The translations under genes and the position numbers were made by a program. This document shows positions 37,405 through 49,000 of a stretch of 64,000 bases of DNA, one piece after another (position 1 is the stretch's first letter; each line of letters opens with the position of its first letter). The notes below the pieces were generated by a model. It saw nothing but the letters and a program-made list of their open reading frames with translations, was not told the DNA's origin and made no database searches. Source of the DNA: a virus; the IMG/VR virus record IMGVR_UViG_3300027969_000063, positions 41,517-105,516 of that record. One strand, given 5' to 3'.

Positions 37405-38178
37405 TTAATTCATGAACATTTCTAGTGGTGCACCGTATTCGGTTTGCATTTGTGCTTCTAGTGCTTTAATTTCTTCAAATGCTTCGTCATAAATTTTATC
37501 GCCATTAAGTGTTACACCACCTGGCAATTGTAGATTGTTAAACTTTTTAAGGTTGGCTCCCCAACTACGCTTGATAACTGCCGTGGCATATTCTTTTAAC
37601 CAACGGTCATTCCATACTTTACCATATACATCAGGATTAATTACGGCATATGCTTCAGCAATTACGATTGTACCAACTGGTGCCTCAGATGCTCCCCAAG
37701 CCCAATCAATATACAATCTTTGCATGTGTCTTTGAAAACGGATTGGTACTTCTCCAGAGAATAACAACTCCAAAGAACGTAGATGTTGCATGGTTAATGT
37801 ATAGTTAATATACGATGCAGAAGTAAAGTCGTAGAGTTCATTTAAACGTAATTGGTATCTTAGGTCAAACATATTGACGGCTGCATGAGAATCTTGGACT
37901 GGAAATATTCTGGTGATACCAACAATTTCCAATGGATTACCATCAGCGTCTTGTGATTCGGATAAGTCTAGATATTTTTGGTCAATTTCGGTTTGACCAA
38001 CGGCTTTGATATAATATACCTTTTGTAGACCATCAAAATGATAGTCCTGCCAGTATTGTAAAGCGTCATCGATACGGTCTTCCACTTGGTCATCATCTAT
38101 GTTGATATCGATAACGGGAAAACCTAGTCTACGGAGGCAGTAATTTTTAAAGTCCGTTCTATTAGTGATTGTTGCCAT
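37405..38178 (-). CDS. gp13: Neck protein (gp13)
   Basis: YCLRRLGFPVIDIN, WLKEYATA, LPGGVTLNG. Confidence 0.95.
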   Translation of the reverse strand: MATITNRTDFKNYCLRRLGFPVIDINIDDDQVEDRIDDALQYWQDYHFDGLQKVYYIKAVGQTEIDQKYLDLSESQDADGNPLEIVGITRIFPVQDSHAAVNMFDLRYQLRLNELYDFTSASYINYTLTMQHLRSLELLFSGEVPIRFQRHMQRLYIDWAWGASEAPVGTIVIAEAYAVINPDVYGKVWNDRWLKEYATAVIKRSWGANLKKFNNLQLPGGVTLNGDKIYDEAFEEIKALEAQMQTEYGAPLEMFMN

Positions 38179-38218
38179 GTTATCCTCAGATATAAGAATT
38201 TATTGGATATTTAGGCAT

Positions 38219-38995
38219 TTATTTGGTGTACTCTCCCCACCATGTGGTCCAATCAATGTAAGGGTCCATTTGTGTGTCAAACTGCATATGTAATGCCACA
38301 CTTGGTATTGGACTAAACCGTAAAGCATGGTTCTTCCAAACATGACAGATGGTATTGCCTTCGTGAGTATGTTCCTCTGGTGTACTATAGTCTGGATTGT
38401 ATTCCTTAGCCAGTTTTTCAAATTTTGGCCAATGGTCAATGAGTACCTGTGGTCGTAACATGAAAGTATTGGTTGTCCAGATACCAGATTTCCAATGTCT
38501 TTTTGAACCATGTACCACAAAACATGGTTCCATGTGTGGTGGATAATAATCATCTGGCATATCAAACGGATAAATTACAATTTCTTGGCCAGATTTATCT
38601 TTAAATAACTGATAAGAATCTAACATTTCTACCAAAGAACTATTACAATGTAGGTAATCATCTTCCACAGAATATACTAAATCTGCTTCTGAATCACGGC
38701 AGAATTCAAACTGTTTTAATGCTGAATAGTTATAACCAGGTTCTGCCATGTTATAGATTTCATGTGGCCATTTGGATTTCTCAAACAAAGCATAGATACC
38801 TTGTTTCAATAAATCGGTACTGTGGTCATCTAGAATTTTAAAATTGACTTCGTGGCTTTCTACCATGTTGGCTGCATTGATGAGTGATGATAAACAACCT
38901 AGAATTAAAGTTGTTTTGTCCATACCACAATATCTCTCACGGTCCAAGTGTACATTACCCAAGTCGTGTGTTCTTAAAATGATTTCTAGTTTCAT
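38219..38995 (-). CDS. GT-A fold glycosyltransferase
   Basis: LDDHS, VYSVEDDYLH, SPIPSVALH. Confidence 0.75.
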   Translation of the reverse strand: MKLEIILRTHDLGNVHLDRERYCGMDKTTLILGCLSSLINAANMVESHEVNFKILDDHSTDLLKQGIYALFEKSKWPHEIYNMAEPGYNYSALKQFEFCRDSEADLVYSVEDDYLHCNSSLVEMLDSYQLFKDKSGQEIVIYPFDMPDDYYPPHMEPCFVVHGSKRHWKSGIWTTNTFMLRPQVLIDHWPKFEKLAKEYNPDYSTPEEHTHEGNTICHVWKNHALRFSPIPSVALHMQFDTQMDPYIDWTTWWGEYTK

Positions 38996-39792
38996 GTTAT
39001 CCTATCCCATAAATCTCTCCACCCTAAGTGAGTGGTTCTTATTGTTGCCGGTTCATTAAATGAAAGATGATACGCTACAGATGGTATTGGACTAAACACC
39101 TTTACATGACCTGTACCTTCTTCATAGTTCTCATATAACTTGTTTATAAACTGATCTTCTGCCGCATCAGGAAAGGTCAAAGCCAATCCTTTAAATACTT
39201 CAAAATTATCTTTAAAGAAACTTTGATGTGCAAATATGGTATTGGCAGTATGGCGAACTTGCCTCCAATACCGAACACCATCATATAGAAGAATAGTAAG
39301 ATACTCTCTACCTACATCATATCTAAATGCACAATCATAAGGATACAAAGCAATTGGATTTGGATATTTTTGTGTCAAATAATTATAAGCAATCAACATA
39401 CTGTTTAAAGCATTCTCTTCGTGCAAATAATCATCTTCTACCGAATATACCATATCTTCGGACTCAGCACACATCTCAAACTGCTTAAGTGCTGATTGTT
39501 TAAATCCTTTAGTTTCTAAACTGATTAACTCAACTTCTTTACTACACTTACTTAACACTTCTCTTAAATCTACCAAAAAAGATTCAATACTATTATCATC
39601 CAGTACGGTCAATTTAATATCTTCAACGACCACACAGTTATTGATTGCATTTACTAAAGACGTGGCACACTTTAGGACCATACCTTTCCTGTCGTCACCA
39701 CATATTCTTGGTAACTGCTGAACTGTTGGTTGATTAGTGCCTTGCTTAGGTACTTCTTTCTCACAAGTCCTTAGTATGACATGAAGCTTCAT
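38992..39792 (-). CDS. GT-A fold glycosyltransferase (paralog)
   Basis: LDDNS, VYSVEDDYLH, SPIPSVAYH. Confidence 0.75.
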   Translation of the reverse strand: MKLHVILRTCEKEVPKQGTNQPTVQQLPRICGDDRKGMVLKCATSLVNAINNCVVVEDIKLTVLDDNSIESFLVDLREVLSKCSKEVELISLETKGFKQSALKQFEMCAESEDMVYSVEDDYLHEENALNSMLIAYNYLTQKYPNPIALYPYDCAFRYDVGREYLTILLYDGVRYWRQVRHTANTIFAHQSFFKDNFEVFKGLALTFPDAAEDQFINKLYENYEEGTGHVKVFSPIPSVAYHLSFNEPATIRTTHLGWRDLWDRIT

Positions 39793-41210
39793 GCAATAAT
39801 CAATTCTGGATCACACATGGCATCCAATGGAGGTTCTCCTTTGAATAGTATTGCCACCACTTCACCATCTTCCGATTTAACATGTGCATCAAAGCCTAAA
39901 GAATTTAATATCTGTGTCATAGAATGTTTAGTAAATCCAGTTTTATGTAACATACCTTCACCCCAAGATTCTGTAAACCCACGATGACCATAAATCATAT
40001 CAATGACCGAAACTGGACCAGCAGAGCTTTCATATACAGTATCAAGTAAATTGTTTTCAATCTTATCTGCAATAGAACCAATATCTGGTACTCTGATGAC
40101 GGCAAAGCCACCATCTTTTAATACTCTCAACATACTATTAAAGATTTTTGGTAGGTCATGAAAGTAATTATGTTCTACCACATGAGAAGCCCAAATGGCA
40201 TCCACAGATTCATTAGGTATACCTTCAAAATCAATGATAGAAGATTTCATGTGTGCTGTATCATTTTCATAAGCATCAACACGAATCTCTTTCCAATCTA
40301 AAAAGTATTTTGATTGTGATTCTAGTTTTGTTTTACCACAACCAATGTTAACCACAATTTTTTTATCGGTCGTAAACAGGTCTTGGTTATCATTTCGTGC
40401 AAAACTGGTAACATCATCACCGTGTTTATTCCACCAATCTTCCCACTTAATGTAAGGATCTTTTTCATTCTCACCTTGAAAGTGCAATGCTAAAGATGGT
40501 ATTGGTGACATGACCACATACTCTCTTTCTTGCCATAATCTGTTTACCGATTCATCTTCCAGCTTTGGATTATGAGGATGGTCGTTAACAATCTTCTCGA
40601 ACAGGTCCCATTCTTTCACCACGACTTCGTGAGTTGTCATGAAGGTACACGGTACCTGATAAGTTTGCCGCCAATGGCGATCTGGTCCTTGAACGATCCG
40701 AACAGGTACCACATTGTGGTCCCAATACCGGTATGGATCATTGTATGGTAACAATGAAAGTGGCTGAGGAAACTTAGGTTGGTATTTTTGCCATTGTAAT
40801 ACCATTTGATAAAAACATTCTTCGTCAAAAAGGTAATCATCTTGTGCCTGAAACACCAAATCTTTACCATCATCACGCATACTCTCATAACACTCACGCA
40901 ATGATGCCATTAAACCAAAACCTTCAATATGTTTTAGATTGGTTGGAAAGTTAGCCAACGAGAGATTATCTTTTAATATTTGAATACCATTCTCATCGGA
41001 GTGGTCATCAAATGCATTCAGTTTAAACTTCCAAGTTGGTAATTTCTCTTGAGCATAGTTAATGGATTTAATTAAAGAACGGGTACAACGCTTTACGATT
41101 TCTGTTTTATCGTTACACCCGTATCTTGTAAATTTAAATCCTTCATATGGTACATAATTATCTTGGCTGTTTGATTTATTATGTGTTTGTAAAGCAATCA
41201 AAAATTCCAT
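39789..41210 (-). CDS. GT-A glycosyltransferase fused to a class I SAM methyltransferase
   Basis: FDDHS, QDDYL, SPIPSLALH; VNIGCG, ASHVVEH, RVLKDGG..VPD. Confidence 0.8.
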   Translation of the reverse strand: MEFLIALQTHNKSNSQDNYVPYEGFKFTRYGCNDKTEIVKRCTRSLIKSINYAQEKLPTWKFKLNAFDDHSDENGIQILKDNLSLANFPTNLKHIEGFGLMASLRECYESMRDDGKDLVFQAQDDYLFDEECFYQMVLQWQKYQPKFPQPLSLLPYNDPYRYWDHNVVPVRIVQGPDRHWRQTYQVPCTFMTTHEVVVKEWDLFEKIVNDHPHNPKLEDESVNRLWQEREYVVMSPIPSLALHFQGENEKDPYIKWEDWWNKHGDDVTSFARNDNQDLFTTDKKIVVNIGCGKTKLESQSKYFLDWKEIRVDAYENDTAHMKSSIIDFEGIPNESVDAIWASHVVEHNYFHDLPKIFNSMLRVLKDGGFAVIRVPDIGSIADKIENNLLDTVYESSAGPVSVIDMIYGHRGFTESWGEGMLHKTGFTKHSMTQILNSLGFDAHVKSEDGEVVAILFKGEPPLDAMCDPELIIA

Positions 41211-41212
41211 TA

Positions 41213-42988
41213 TTAACTCTTCTCAGGTTTAGGTGCTGTTAAGGCTGCCTTCCGTTTATCATCACGGCGTTTAATGGTATCTTTAAGTTCTTGAATCGTA
41301 TAACGTGGTGGTTTGTGAACTTGTAACAACATGATAGTTGCTTCTGCCACATTAGATTGAGTATGTAAAGCAAACTGTAATTGCTCTTCGGTAATTTCCT
41401 TATCTTTCAACATTCTCATCCACTCACCAACATAGGTATACTTGACATCACATACATCAATATCAATACCCAATTCAATTGACAATGTACTGTCTGAACG
41501 ACCAATCTCCATGCCATCAATTAAACTCTTTTGATTAAACAAAGCAAATGTTCCAGGAGTTAATGGACGCTTGTGTGTAGGATCATCCCAAGCATGGTCT
41601 GAACGATGATGTGGGAACTGTACTTCCCATACGGCACCATTCTCTGATACACGATACATTTCTTTAATGATATCTACGATTGAATGTGTATCATTACCTA
41701 AATGTTCTAGAATATCTTTAGCAACGATGTGCTGGAACTCATCATCTTGAAATGGCCATGGTACTGATTGTAGATCCACGATTTGATCTGGTTCAACATT
41801 CTCTGAAGCATCCACATTAAGAAAGCCATCCATCTTAAAGAAACCACAACCCATGTTCATCTTCTTAGGCTCTTTATCGTGACTTTCATGTTGAACTGGT
41901 TTTAAATTAAATTTCTTTTCAAAATCTTTGTAGAGTTTTTGAAATGTTCCGTTCCATGATTTGGCTTCTTGCTGACGATACAAAGTAACACAATCATAAT
42001 AAGGAGATTTGGTACTCTGTGGTGCACCAAATGTCCATGTATGATATGGTAGAATTGGTGTAAGAATCCAAGTTTGTTTACCAAGTGCAGCAGCCGCATG
42101 AGCAATACTGGTACAAGAGGTAATAACAATGTCAAGATTCTCCATTGCAGCCAATGTATCTTCCCAAGAAGTTAATTGATGTTGTAAATCAATAATGTTC
42201 TCTGGCAAATCAATAATGTTTTGGTCACGCTGTAATGAATACAACTGAACTTCATCGTACTTACCAAGTTCTGTTAAGAAACCAGGAGGGAATCTACGGA
42301 ACTGTTGATGTTCAAATTTAGGATTACCAGCCCAACGAATACCAACTTTAAGTTTGTCAGATTTAATAATATCTTTCCACTCTTCAATCTTTTCTGGTAA
42401 AGCATGTAGGTATTTTTTACTTGGGAAATTTTTGAATGTATTGCCTGATACCCAGCCTGCTGAGAAACCTGGTACCCAATAATCATGAGCAACTAAGTGG
42501 CTTTGATTTCGTAGAATAACACCATCACAACCTTCAATACGCTCAAATACCGATACCACTTCTGGTGATGCGGCCAAATAAACTTTATCTGCACCTAGTT
42601 TTTTAAATGATTCTACAAAACGAGAGTGAATAATTTCATCACCAAATCCACCCTCTAAAGAGATGATAATTGATTTACCTTTGATATCATCTTTTTCAGG
42701 ATTAAAAATGGGAGCATTTGTTTTGAGTGGAGGAGAACCATAGACATTAATAAATCGTCCTGATTCCAACATCTGGCAACCTTCTTGATAATTGCCATCT
42801 TGTAACATGAACCAGCCACGATTAAATGTGTGCCGTGTCCACATTTCAGGATTACCAAGTTCACCTTTGGTGTCTGGAATACCTTCTGGTCCTAGTTTCT
42901 GTAACTTATCAGATATTTGGCGAGCTTTAACAAACTCACCTTTTAACATCAACTGCAATTCACTATCAATATCATGCATTGAATTCAT
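41213..42988 (-). CDS. GT9-like (GT-B) glycosyltransferase fused to a SAM methyltransferase
   Basis: EGGFGDEI, GIRWAGNP, YSLQ, DIVITSCTSIAHAAAALG, SPYY..LYRQ; NMGCG, DILEH, DDPTH. Confidence 0.8.
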   Translation of the reverse strand: MNSMHDIDSELQLMLKGEFVKARQISDKLQKLGPEGIPDTKGELGNPEMWTRHTFNRGWFMLQDGNYQEGCQMLESGRFINVYGSPPLKTNAPIFNPEKDDIKGKSIIISLEGGFGDEIIHSRFVESFKKLGADKVYLAASPEVVSVFERIEGCDGVILRNQSHLVAHDYWVPGFSAGWVSGNTFKNFPSKKYLHALPEKIEEWKDIIKSDKLKVGIRWAGNPKFEHQQFRRFPPGFLTELGKYDEVQLYSLQRDQNIIDLPENIIDLQHQLTSWEDTLAAMENLDIVITSCTSIAHAAAALGKQTWILTPILPYHTWTFGAPQSTKSPYYDCVTLYRQQEAKSWNGTFQKLYKDFEKKFNLKPVQHESHDKEPKKMNMGCGFFKMDGFLNVDASENVEPDQIVDLQSVPWPFQDDEFQHIVAKDILEHLGNDTHSIVDIIKEMYRVSENGAVWEVQFPHHRSDHAWDDPTHKRPLTPGTFALFNQKSLIDGMEIGRSDSTLSIELGIDIDVCDVKYTYVGEWMRMLKDKEITEEQLQFALHTQSNVAEATIMLLQVHKPPRYTIQELKDTIKRRDDKRKAALTAPKPEKS

Positions 42989-43046
42989 TCAAATCTCCTA
43001 TAATTAAATCATGTTATACTATTATATATGCTTGTTGTTTTTCGAC

Positions 43047-46000
43047 TTACCTTCTAAAGTTACTTCCAGCACCACCAGAGAATAGGTTGGCGGTATAACC
43101 TGTGGCTAATTGTGCTACTAATACCGGACTAGATCTTGTGACAGTTGATCCATCACCGTACTGACCTACAGCATTATTACCCCAAGCATACAGGTAACTA
43201 TTGGTTTCATTATCAGTTGTAATGGCTATCGTGGTATTATTACCTATAGCAACATCAATAATATTTAAATTTGATATGGCTATATTTACAATGTCGGGAG
43301 TGGACCTACTGGTTGGAACAGTATTAAAACCAAAAGCATTATTGGTATTTGCACCCCATGCATATAAGGAATCAGATAAATTAATACCAAAAGCTGTACT
43401 AAGTCCAATAGATAAAGATTTCCAACCTAAACCTTTTGAATTTTTAATATTTGATTGATTTATTATGGCAGCTCGATCTGTAACACTGGCAGGACTAACT
43501 GTGGTTCCAATACCCATTTGTCCATAAGTATTGTTTCCATAACCATAAGATACATTATTATTATCTAAAAGAAGATAATATTGTACACCACCACCGCCAC
43601 CAGTAACAGCTGTTTTCCATGGCACTCCAGTTGATGCGGAATTTGAAACGATTGATGGTACACCTCCGCCATTTCCCCAATTAAACAAACGGCCAGCAAT
43701 ATCAATAGCTACCGAACTATTACCATTACAATTTATAAAAGAAAAAGAAGATCCACTAACAACCGTTACAGGAGTTGATTTAGAAATTACGGTATTATCA
43801 CCTATTTGACCACTAGAGTTACCGCCCCATCCAAATAAACGGCCTGTGTTAGTAATAGCATGGCCAGCTGTTACCATTGTCCATGAAACTGTGGTAGAAC
43901 CTTCAGCACCAATTTTAACCGGAGATGATCTATTAATTAAAGTACCGTCACCTAAATCACCACTACTATTATCACCCCATGCATATAAAGCACCAGTTAT
44001 ATCAATAGCAAAATTATTATAAGAACCAGCATATACAGATGACCATGAAGATGTACCAATTTTTACAGGAGAAGATTTATTAATAGTTGTACCATCACCG
44101 AATGCGCCAAATAGACCAGTTCCCCAAATGTATAAAGCACCCGTAGTATCAATAGCAATAGTGTTGACATATCCAGCACTTACTGCTGACCATGATTTGG
44201 TACCAATTTTTACTGGAGAAGATTTATCAATCGTAGTACCATCACCTAATTGGCCATTAACATTATAACCCCATGTATAAAGAGCACCTGTAGTATCAAT
44301 AGCTGCTGAATGTCGATTTATTCCAACACTAAGTATAGTCCAAGAATTGCCAAACAAAAGTTGTGGAACAGTTTGTCTTTCAGTAAATGTATTACCTGCT
44401 ATACCGTTACCTAACATTCCATCATTATTGGAACCCCATGTATAAAGAGAACCATCATCACTTATACCACCAGAAGTGGGGCCAAGAGCGCCACCAGTTC
44501 TAAGTAATTTCCAAGATGTAAATGGCTTAGAGTTTGTAATTATTATTGGTTGTGATTTACCAATTGTTGTACCATCACCTAATTGTCCATATTGGTTATC
44601 ACCCCAAATATAATTATATCCATTTTTAACTCCTGTAGTATTTTGATAGTGCGCTTTTACTGAAGTCCAAGGATAAACATCAATTAATACAGGCGAAGAT
44701 TTATCAACTATAGTACCGTCACCCAATCGGCCAGAATTATTGGAGCCCCATGCATGCAATTGGCCAGCAGCAGTAAGACCGACTGTAAAATAGTTACCAA
44801 CACTCACTATTGACCATGAACTTGTACCAATTTTTACCGGTGTAGATTTACCAATTGTTGTGCCATCGCCTAAATTACCACTTGAATTAGCGCCCCATGT
44901 GTACAGAGCACCAGTAGTAGTAATAGCAGCAGTATGGGAACCATCAGCAGATACCGCTGACCATGAAGAATAACTGTTTAATGCTTCGTTTATCACAGAA
45001 ACTAATACTGGTGAAGATTTAGAAACTGTTGAGGTATCACCTAATTGTCCTTGATTATTATAACCCCATACATATGCATTGTTTGCAGTAGTAATGGCTG
45101 CTGTGTTATATTGTGAAGCACTCACGGCTGACCATGAAGAAGAGGAATAACCACTAGTAGTTGTCGAAAGCTGAACAGGTACCGATCTACTAGCTGTTGA
45201 AAGGCCACCTAAGTTACCATAAGGATTGTAACCCCATAACCATAAAGAACCAAGCGTATCAATAGCAGTAGAAGTAGAATATCCAGCAGAAACAAAATTA
45301 AAAGAAATGTTTGATGTGGTATCATAAGGATAACCTAATACAACAGGAGAACTTGTTAAATTGCTAGGTAATATATTAAAATAATTAATACTACCCCAAT
45401 TCCATAAAAGACCATTAATATCAATCGCTGATACATTTGATGTCATTGAAAATACTTTTGTCCATGAGCTAGTACCAATTTGTACTGGTGATGATTTATT
45501 GATTGTAGTGCCATCACCTAATTGGCCTTGAGCATTATAACCCCAAACGTATAAAGCACCATTTGTGGCAATACCTGCTGATGTTGAAAAACCAGATGAT
45601 ATTGCTGACCATGAACTAGAACCAATTTTTATTGGTACTGATCTATTAGATGTTGTACCGTCACCTAAGAAACCTAAGTTATTTTGGCCCCATGCATACA
45701 AAGAACCAGTAGTATCAATACCAAGAACATAACCAGATCCAGCACTTACTGTAGTCCATGAAGAATAAATGGCAGCTGCATTATTTCCAATACCAATGAA
45801 TACTGGTGAAGATTTATTAATTGTGGTACCGTCACCTAAACCACCATAAAGATTATAACCCCATGTATATAAATTACCAGAAGTGGTAATACCAATAACA
45901 CCGAAAATATCTGAACCTATGAATGACCATGAGCTTGTACCAATTTGTACAGGTGAGGATTGATTAATTGTTGTACCATCACCTAGTTGGCCATAAGTAT

Positions 46001-49000
46001 TACTACCCCATGCAAATAATCGGCCATTAATATCAATAGCTCTGTGACCATCGTATCCTGCAGCTAACTTAGACCATGAACTTGTACCAATTTTAACGGG
46101 TGATGATTTATTAATTGTAGTACCATCACCCAATTCACCATTGCTATTATTGCCCCATGTAAATAAGCTGCCATCTTTTGTAATACCAGCTGTATTAGAT
46201 GGACCACTTATGGATATGATTGTCCATGAACTCGAACCAATTTTTATTGGAAATGATTGATTAGTTGTATTACCGTTGCCTAACTGACCAGTAGAATTAG
46301 TACCAGTCATCCATAAACCACCATTAACATCAATTCCTCCTGTGTGGTTGTAACCAAGGCTCACTATTGTAAATGAAGAACCACTATTAATTAATACCGG
46401 TGAGGATTTAGCAACTATAGTACCGTCACCTAATGCACCATTGGTGTTATTGCCCCATGCATACCAAGCACCAGAAGAGGTAATACCTGCCATGTAACTT
46501 ACACCTGCAGCCACAAATGCCCATGAAGATGTGCCAATTTGTACAGGTGAAGATTTAGTGACTGTGGTATTATCACCTAATTGGCCGGCAGTATTTTGAC
46601 CCCATGTGTATAGACGGCCGTTAATATCAATACCTGCTGAAGCAAGTCCTTTTACGCTTACTCTAGTCCATGAAGAGCTACCAATTTTAATTGGTGCTGA
46701 TTTATTATTTGCAGTATTATCACCTAATTGACCATTAGGATTATAACCCCATGTATATAAAGCACCAGTAGAGGTAATAATTGCTTGATTATATTGACCA
46801 GAAGCTACTTGATTCCAAGAAGAATAATATACTGAAGATGTTTGAATTTTCACCGGCAATACATAAGAAAGATTTAAACCTAAATCCGTACCAATTTCTC
46901 CAAAACTATTATCTCCCCATGCCCATAAAGCACCAGTAGAATCAATTGCGCTCGTATGATACGAACCAACAGATACAGATGTCCATGAAGAACTACCAAT
47001 TTGTACAGGTGATGATTTGGCAACCAATGTACCATCACCTAAATTACCAAAACCATTAGCTCCCCAAGTAAATAACCGACCATTAATATCAATTGCTGCA
47101 GTGTTATTACCAACACTTACTTTTGTCCATGAGCTAGTACCAATTTGTATTGGTGATGATTTATTAACCGTAGTACCATCGCCTAATTGTCCATTAGAGC
47201 CACTACCCCACGCAAACAATCGACCTACAGTATCAATTGCTGTTACATAAGAAGTGCCTGCAGCTATAGCTAACCATGAAGAAGAACCAATTTTTACTGG
47301 AGAAAATCTAGTAGTTACTGTACCGTCACCTAATTGGCCTTGTTGATTGTCACCCCATGACCACAATGATGAATCTGAATTTTTAATGGCTAAAAAGAAA
47401 TTAGCAGGACCTCCAGTAATTTGTTTCCATGCACCTGGTATACTTGGTGTTGTAACTACTGGTGAAGATTTATTAATTGTTGTGCCATCACCTAATTGTC
47501 CAAGAGAATTATCACCCCAAGCATATAATTTTTTAAGCGAATCGCTAGCAATGGTGTGTGCTTGGCCTGCACTTACTGCTGACCATGATGAAGTACCAAG
47601 TTGTACTGCAGAAAGTTTATCAATCGTGTTACCGTTACCCAATTGACCTGCAGCATTACCACCCCATGTATATAATTTACCACTAGTGGTGATAGCCGCT
47701 GTGTGCGATACGCCAGCAGTTACAACTGTCCATGAAGAATAGACGTTTAATACAGGATCATATGCAGTAACGAATACAGGAGAAGATTTGGAAGTTGCCG
47801 TACCATCGCCTAATTGGCCTGATGTACCAAGACCCCACATGTATGCTGTATTTGCAGTAGTAACCGCAGCAGTATGAGTACCACCAGCAGATACAGATGT
47901 CCAAGATAAAATTGATGGATTGCTAGTTGGGCCAACTTTAAATGCTGTAGTTTTGTTTATTGTTGTGCCATCACCTAATTGACCGGTAGCATTACCACCC
48001 CAAACATATAACGTGTTTGCAGTAGAAATAGCAGCAGTATGAGAACCACCAGCAGATACGGATGTCCAAGATACAATTGGATTAGTTGGAGCTAAAACAA
48101 ATACAGGCGATGATTTGCTAACAACAGTATTATCACCCAATTCACCAGAGGTACCAAGACCCCATGTAAACAGAACACCAGTTGTTGTGATACCCGCTGT
48201 GGTTGAACCGCCTGCACCTATTGATGACCATGAGCTTGTACCAATTTTTACTGGAGAGGATTTATTAACAGTAGTACCATCGCCTAATATACCACCAGCA
48301 TTATTACCCCATGTATATAAAGCGCCTGTAGTATCAATAGCGGCTATACTACCATTACCAACGTTTGACACAACTGCAATCCATGAACTTGTACCAATTT
48401 TTACTGGAGAGGATTTGGCAATTGTAGTACCATCACCCAAGTAACCTGTGTCAGAAGCATTAGCACTCCATGTAAACAAAGATCCATCAATAGTAATACC
48501 TGCACCAGCAGTTACTACTGACCACGAACTAGATCCAATTTTAACAGGAGAAGATTTAGTAACACTTGTGTTATCACCTAATTGGCCAACATTACCAAAA
48601 CCCCAAGCATATAAAGCACCAGTAATATCAATAGCCCAAGCATTAAGTGAACCAGCAGCTACTTTTGTCCATGAAGAAGAACCAATTTTGACTGGTGAAG
48701 ATTTAGTAACTGTAGTATTATCACCCAATGCACCAAAACTACCACTACCCCATGTCCATAAAGCACCAGTGGAATCAATCGCAACTGCGTGCTGATTTCC
48801 AGCAGCTATTGTACTCCATGAATTATTACCAATTTGTACTGGTGAAGATTTAGTAACTGTAGTACCGTCACCTAATTGTCCAACGTTGTTGTAACCCCAT
48901 GCATACAGAGCACCAGCAGTAGTAATACCAAACGCAACTTGAACTCCTGCAGCTACTACTGACCATGATGATGATCCAATTTTTACTGGTGAAGATTTAT

